In this document: in pieces, positions 60,951 to 64,000 of the stretch | Position numbering within the stretch: position 1 is the stretch's first letter | Layout of the letters: every line of letters begins with the position of its first letter | Source of the DNA: Sedimentisphaerales bacterium | Lineage (GTDB): Bacteria > Planctomycetota > Phycisphaerae > Sedimentisphaerales > Anaerobacaceae | Length of the DNA stretch: 64,000 nucleotides | Assembly: GCA_963708075.1 (NCBI GenBank) | Contig: OY970194.1 | Coordinates: 5,856,001-5,920,000, forward strand | Direction: 5' to 3' | The notes under the pieces: generated by a model | What the model was told of the DNA's origin: nothing | Databases searched by the model: none | The model's input: the letters and a program-made list of their open reading frames with translations, nothing else | Made by a program: the position numbers and the translations under genes

Positions 60951-63868
60951 AATGCACAGCTTGGACCGCTTGGATCCTGATCACGCTGGCCGTCGCGTGC
61001 CTTGTGCCGGAGGCTCGTGCTGCCGACACCACGGAATCGAAGCCGGCAGTCGTTACCCTCTTTGCCGCCGAGGAGGGCGGGACACCTCGCGACCCGAACC
61101 GGATTGTGGCCGCTGGGCCGGGCGAGTTTCGGATTCGCGCTTATGCCGAGGAAGGGCGCAGCACGTTGACGCACGCCGCGTCGCGCGTCGATCTGGTTTG
61201 CCGCAACGACGGCGCGAAACCCGAAACCGTCACGCTCCACCTGGACCTCTCGGACGATGGACGCCGTACCAACGCGGACAACAATCTCTTCGGCGGCATG
61301 TCCACACGTGATTTCCTGTTCGTCCAACCGCCGGGACAGCCTTGGAGGCAGATCGACGGTCATGTATCAGGCTGGGTCTGCACCGTGCAGTTCGCGGCGC
61401 CGCCAGGCGAGACGAAGGTTGGTTTGAGCCCCTGGTACACCTACGGCGACTACCTGCGCTTTGTCCGCTCGCTTCCTGAGCATCCTCATTTGACGAGGAC
61501 GCGGGTGGGCACGAGCGATGGCGGCCGGGAGCATTGGGAGTTGACCATCACCGATCCTGACGCACCTCTTGAGAGCAAGCGGACAATCTTCTGGCACGCC
61601 AGGGAACATGCCTATGAGACCTTCTCATCCCATGCGATGGAGGGACTTGTCGCGTACCTTTTGTCCGATGCTGCCGCCGATGCGCGCCGGCGATACCGGT
61701 TCGTGCTGCATCCGATGACGAACGTGGACGGCGTCGCGCAGGGCTACGAGTATCGGGACGGCTATGACTATCCGCAGCCCAGGGGCACCGCCACGGCACG
61801 GCTGACCTTCGAGGCGGTGGACCGGCTCCGGCCGCACTTCGCAGTCACCTGGCACAACTGGGTGGCTCCCCGTGACGTGGACTGCCTGTTCTACACCGAC
61901 TCCGAGGACGGCAAGGCCGGCCGCCGGGCGTGGGACTTGTTCACGCAGCGTTTCCCGTCCCCGCGAGGCGTGGGCCACCGCTGGGAGAGCGAAACCGATC
62001 CGCTCGCAAAAAACTGGTCTGGTCGCTCCCCACTCAACGAGAACAACGTTCACCAGTACGCGATGAAACGTTACGGCACGCAGGTCTGGGGTTGGGAGAT
62101 GCCCTGGTGGAACCGCGGGGAGGCCGATCCCACACAGGCTGCACGGAAAGCCGGCGCAGACTTCGGCCGGGCGTTCCTTGCAACATTGGATGCTATAGAT
62201 GCCGGCTCGCCCGTTGTCACGGCGGAGCAGCCTGTTGTGGCGGTTCCGCGCTGGGAGGTGCATGAGTTTGAATTACACGGCCGCAGCCACGTGGACAATC
62301 CGTTTCGCGATTCGGCGTTGGTGGGCGAGTTCACATCTCCCTCAGGCAGGACAGTCAGCACTGAAGGGTTTTATGACGGTGGCGACACCTGGCGGCTGCG
62401 CTTCACGCCGGACGAGGAAGGCGAGTGGCGTTACCTGTTGCGAGGAGAGGGTGCCGAGTTGCATCAGTACGGCCGGTTACGCTGCATCGCACCGCGAGGC
62501 CACGGCTTTATCCGCGTTCACCCGGACAACCCGTACGCCTTTGCTTATGCCGATGGCACGCCATTCTTTCCCATGGGTGATACGTGCTACGGCCTCTACA
62601 GCGACAGTCCCATCACACCGGCACTGCGAACGCAATATCTCAAGACCCGCCGGTCACAGCGGTTCAATTTCGTCCGGCTCGGCGTGATTCACAGCCCGAC
62701 GCACGGGCAGACAGACCCCAACTACTGGCCCTGGGGCGGGACGCCCGCTCAGCCTGACCTGGATCGCATCAACCCGCAGTTCTTTCGCGGCCTGGATGCC
62801 GTGATGGCCGAGATGCAGGCGGTGGGGATGAACGCCGAGTTGATCGCGCTCAATTACTACCTGCCACCATTCACGGACGTAAAAGTCTGGACGCTGCCGC
62901 GGGAGCGGCAATGGTTGCGATACGTTGCCGCACGATATGCGGCCTTTCCCAACCTGTTCCTGTGGACCATCGCCAATGAATACGAAACACACGCCGATGG
63001 CCGCTATCGCCTCGACGTGCCCGATGATCCGGATTGGGCCAGGGCAACAGCACGGTTCATCAAACAGCACGACCCTTATCGGCACCTGGTCACAGTGCAT
63101 CCGGTCGTCTCCGCCAGCACTCGCGGCCGCGCGCCGAATGACCCGTTCGACCCTCCGTGGCGCATCGGCGAGTTCTTTGGCAAGGACGATGCCGTGGACG
63201 TGCTGTCGCAGCAAACGGGGCAGTCCGGCAAAGGCGTCATCTGGAACGAGCAGCTTCAGTGCTGGACGGGCGACGCCCCCGACCTGGTCGCCAGTCTCCT
63301 CGCCGACCGCAGGTACCGCCGGCCCGTGCTCAATACCGAAAGCGGCTACGAGTACCTGCGCGGACATCCGACGGAAAAGAAGCAGGTACACCACACCGAC
63401 AAAGTGCGGCATTCGGCCTGGCGGATCGTTTGTGCAGGCGGTTACTTCGCCGCCGGCTTCAACGGCACTATCGGCCACAGCGACGCCTGGAACCGGATCG
63501 ACGCCCCGAATCGCTACACGTTCGTAGTGAAGGACGAGGGCGCAGCGGGGCAGTTGGCCGCTCTCTATGACTTCTTCTCTATGCTTCCCTTCTGGCGGAT
63601 GCAGCCCTTTGAGCAGGTGACCGGGGACGCGGTCTCGCTGGCGGAGCCCGGAAAGGTCTACGTGGTCTACCTGCCCAACGGAGGCAAGGTGCGCGTCGAT
63701 CTAAGCGCCGCCCCCGGCCCGTTGTCCGCCCGCTGGTTCGATCCTCGTCAGGGCAGGTCGGACGCAGCGTTCGAAGTGACAGGCGGAGGTCCAGCGGAAT
63801 TCACAGCTCCCGACCGGAACGATTGGGTGCTCCATATCGAGCAACAGGATCGTCCTGGCGGAATCTGA
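60947..63868 (+). CDS. Fusion of an M14 zinc-carboxypeptidase-like domain and a DUF5060/DUF4038 glycosidase-like module
   Basis: AREHAYE, PMTNVDGV, TWHNW (M14-like); NPF...GFYDGG..WRLRF.P, GDTCY, WTIANEY, WFDPRQG, DWVLHI. Confidence 0.75.
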   Translation: MKCTAWTAWILITLAVACLVPEARAADTTESKPAVVTLFAAEEGGTPRDPNRIVAAGPGEFRIRAYAEEGRSTLTHAASRVDLVCRNDGAKPETVTLHLDLSDDGRRTNADNNLFGGMSTRDFLFVQPPGQPWRQIDGHVSGWVCTVQFAAPPGETKVGLSPWYTYGDYLRFVRSLPEHPHLTRTRVGTSDGGREHWELTITDPDAPLESKRTIFWHAREHAYETFSSHAMEGLVAYLLSDAAADARRRYRFVLHPMTNVDGVAQGYEYRDGYDYPQPRGTATARLTFEAVDRLRPHFAVTWHNWVAPRDVDCLFYTDSEDGKAGRRAWDLFTQRFPSPRGVGHRWESETDPLAKNWSGRSPLNENNVHQYAMKRYGTQVWGWEMPWWNRGEADPTQAARKAGADFGRAFLATLDAIDAGSPVVTAEQPVVAVPRWEVHEFELHGRSHVDNPFRDSALVGEFTSPSGRTVSTEGFYDGGDTWRLRFTPDEEGEWRYLLRGEGAELHQYGRLRCIAPRGHGFIRVHPDNPYAFAYADGTPFFPMGDTCYGLYSDSPITPALRTQYLKTRRSQRFNFVRLGVIHSPTHGQTDPNYWPWGGTPAQPDLDRINPQFFRGLDAVMAEMQAVGMNAELIALNYYLPPFTDVKVWTLPRERQWLRYVAARYAAFPNLFLWTIANEYETHADGRYRLDVPDDPDWARATARFIKQHDPYRHLVTVHPVVSASTRGRAPNDPFDPPWRIGEFFGKDDAVDVLSQQTGQSGKGVIWNEQLQCWTGDAPDLVASLLADRRYRRPVLNTESGYEYLRGHPTEKKQVHHTDKVRHSAWRIVCAGGYFAAGFNGTIGHSDAWNRIDAPNRYTFVVKDEGAAGQLAALYDFFSMLPFWRMQPFEQVTGDAVSLAEPGKVYVVYLPNGGKVRVDLSAAPGPLSARWFDPRQGRSDAAFEVTGGGPAEFTAPDRNDWVLHIEQQDRPGGI

Positions 63869-64000
63869 TCCACTCCAGGCACAGCCCGCCGGCCGGGACG
63901 AGATGGCCTGCCGCCATGCGATTGCGGGCCTTCAGGATGTCGGCCACGTGCTCTGGACGCCAATGCCCGCGCCCGATGGCGACGAGAGTCCCCGCAATGA

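Overview
GC-rich bacterial chromosomal window, most likely from a planctomycete of the Phycisphaerae/Sedimentisphaerales type. This is an inference from the LamG/PA14 secreted protein, the prepilin/H-X9-DG paralogs, an ECF sigma with a giant anti-sigma, and DUF4038/DUF5060-type glycosidases. Housekeeping and sugar genes (galM, a UDPGP-type pyrophosphorylase, gnd, uxaC, ilvC, tRNA-Tyr) are interleaved with accessory loci. (1) A tandem trio of type IV prepilin-like genes; the middle copy carries a C-terminal Hint (intein-like) domain that starts at Cys313 and ends V-R-D-Y-stop instead of V-H-N. This is the best candidate for an undescribed system, an auto-processing or self-ligating pilin. (2) Two SIR2/Dsr1-like defence loci on either side of ilvC, one single-chain and one naturally split into a SIR2 gene plus an ATGA-coupled ~917-aa partner. 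(3) Two free-standing Cys-rich/HNH/AP2 genes. (4) An HPF/RaiA-sigma70 fusion. (5) A tandem PAC2 pair. (6) A glycan-degradation operon after tRNA-Tyr. Intergenic DNA is dense in REP-like palindromes, several of which also sit in-frame inside CDSs. Eight isolated small frameshifts look like sequencing-consensus indels rather than true pseudogenes. No CRISPR array, rRNA, integrase or transposase was seen. Family names come from motif recognition by eye, not from database searches.
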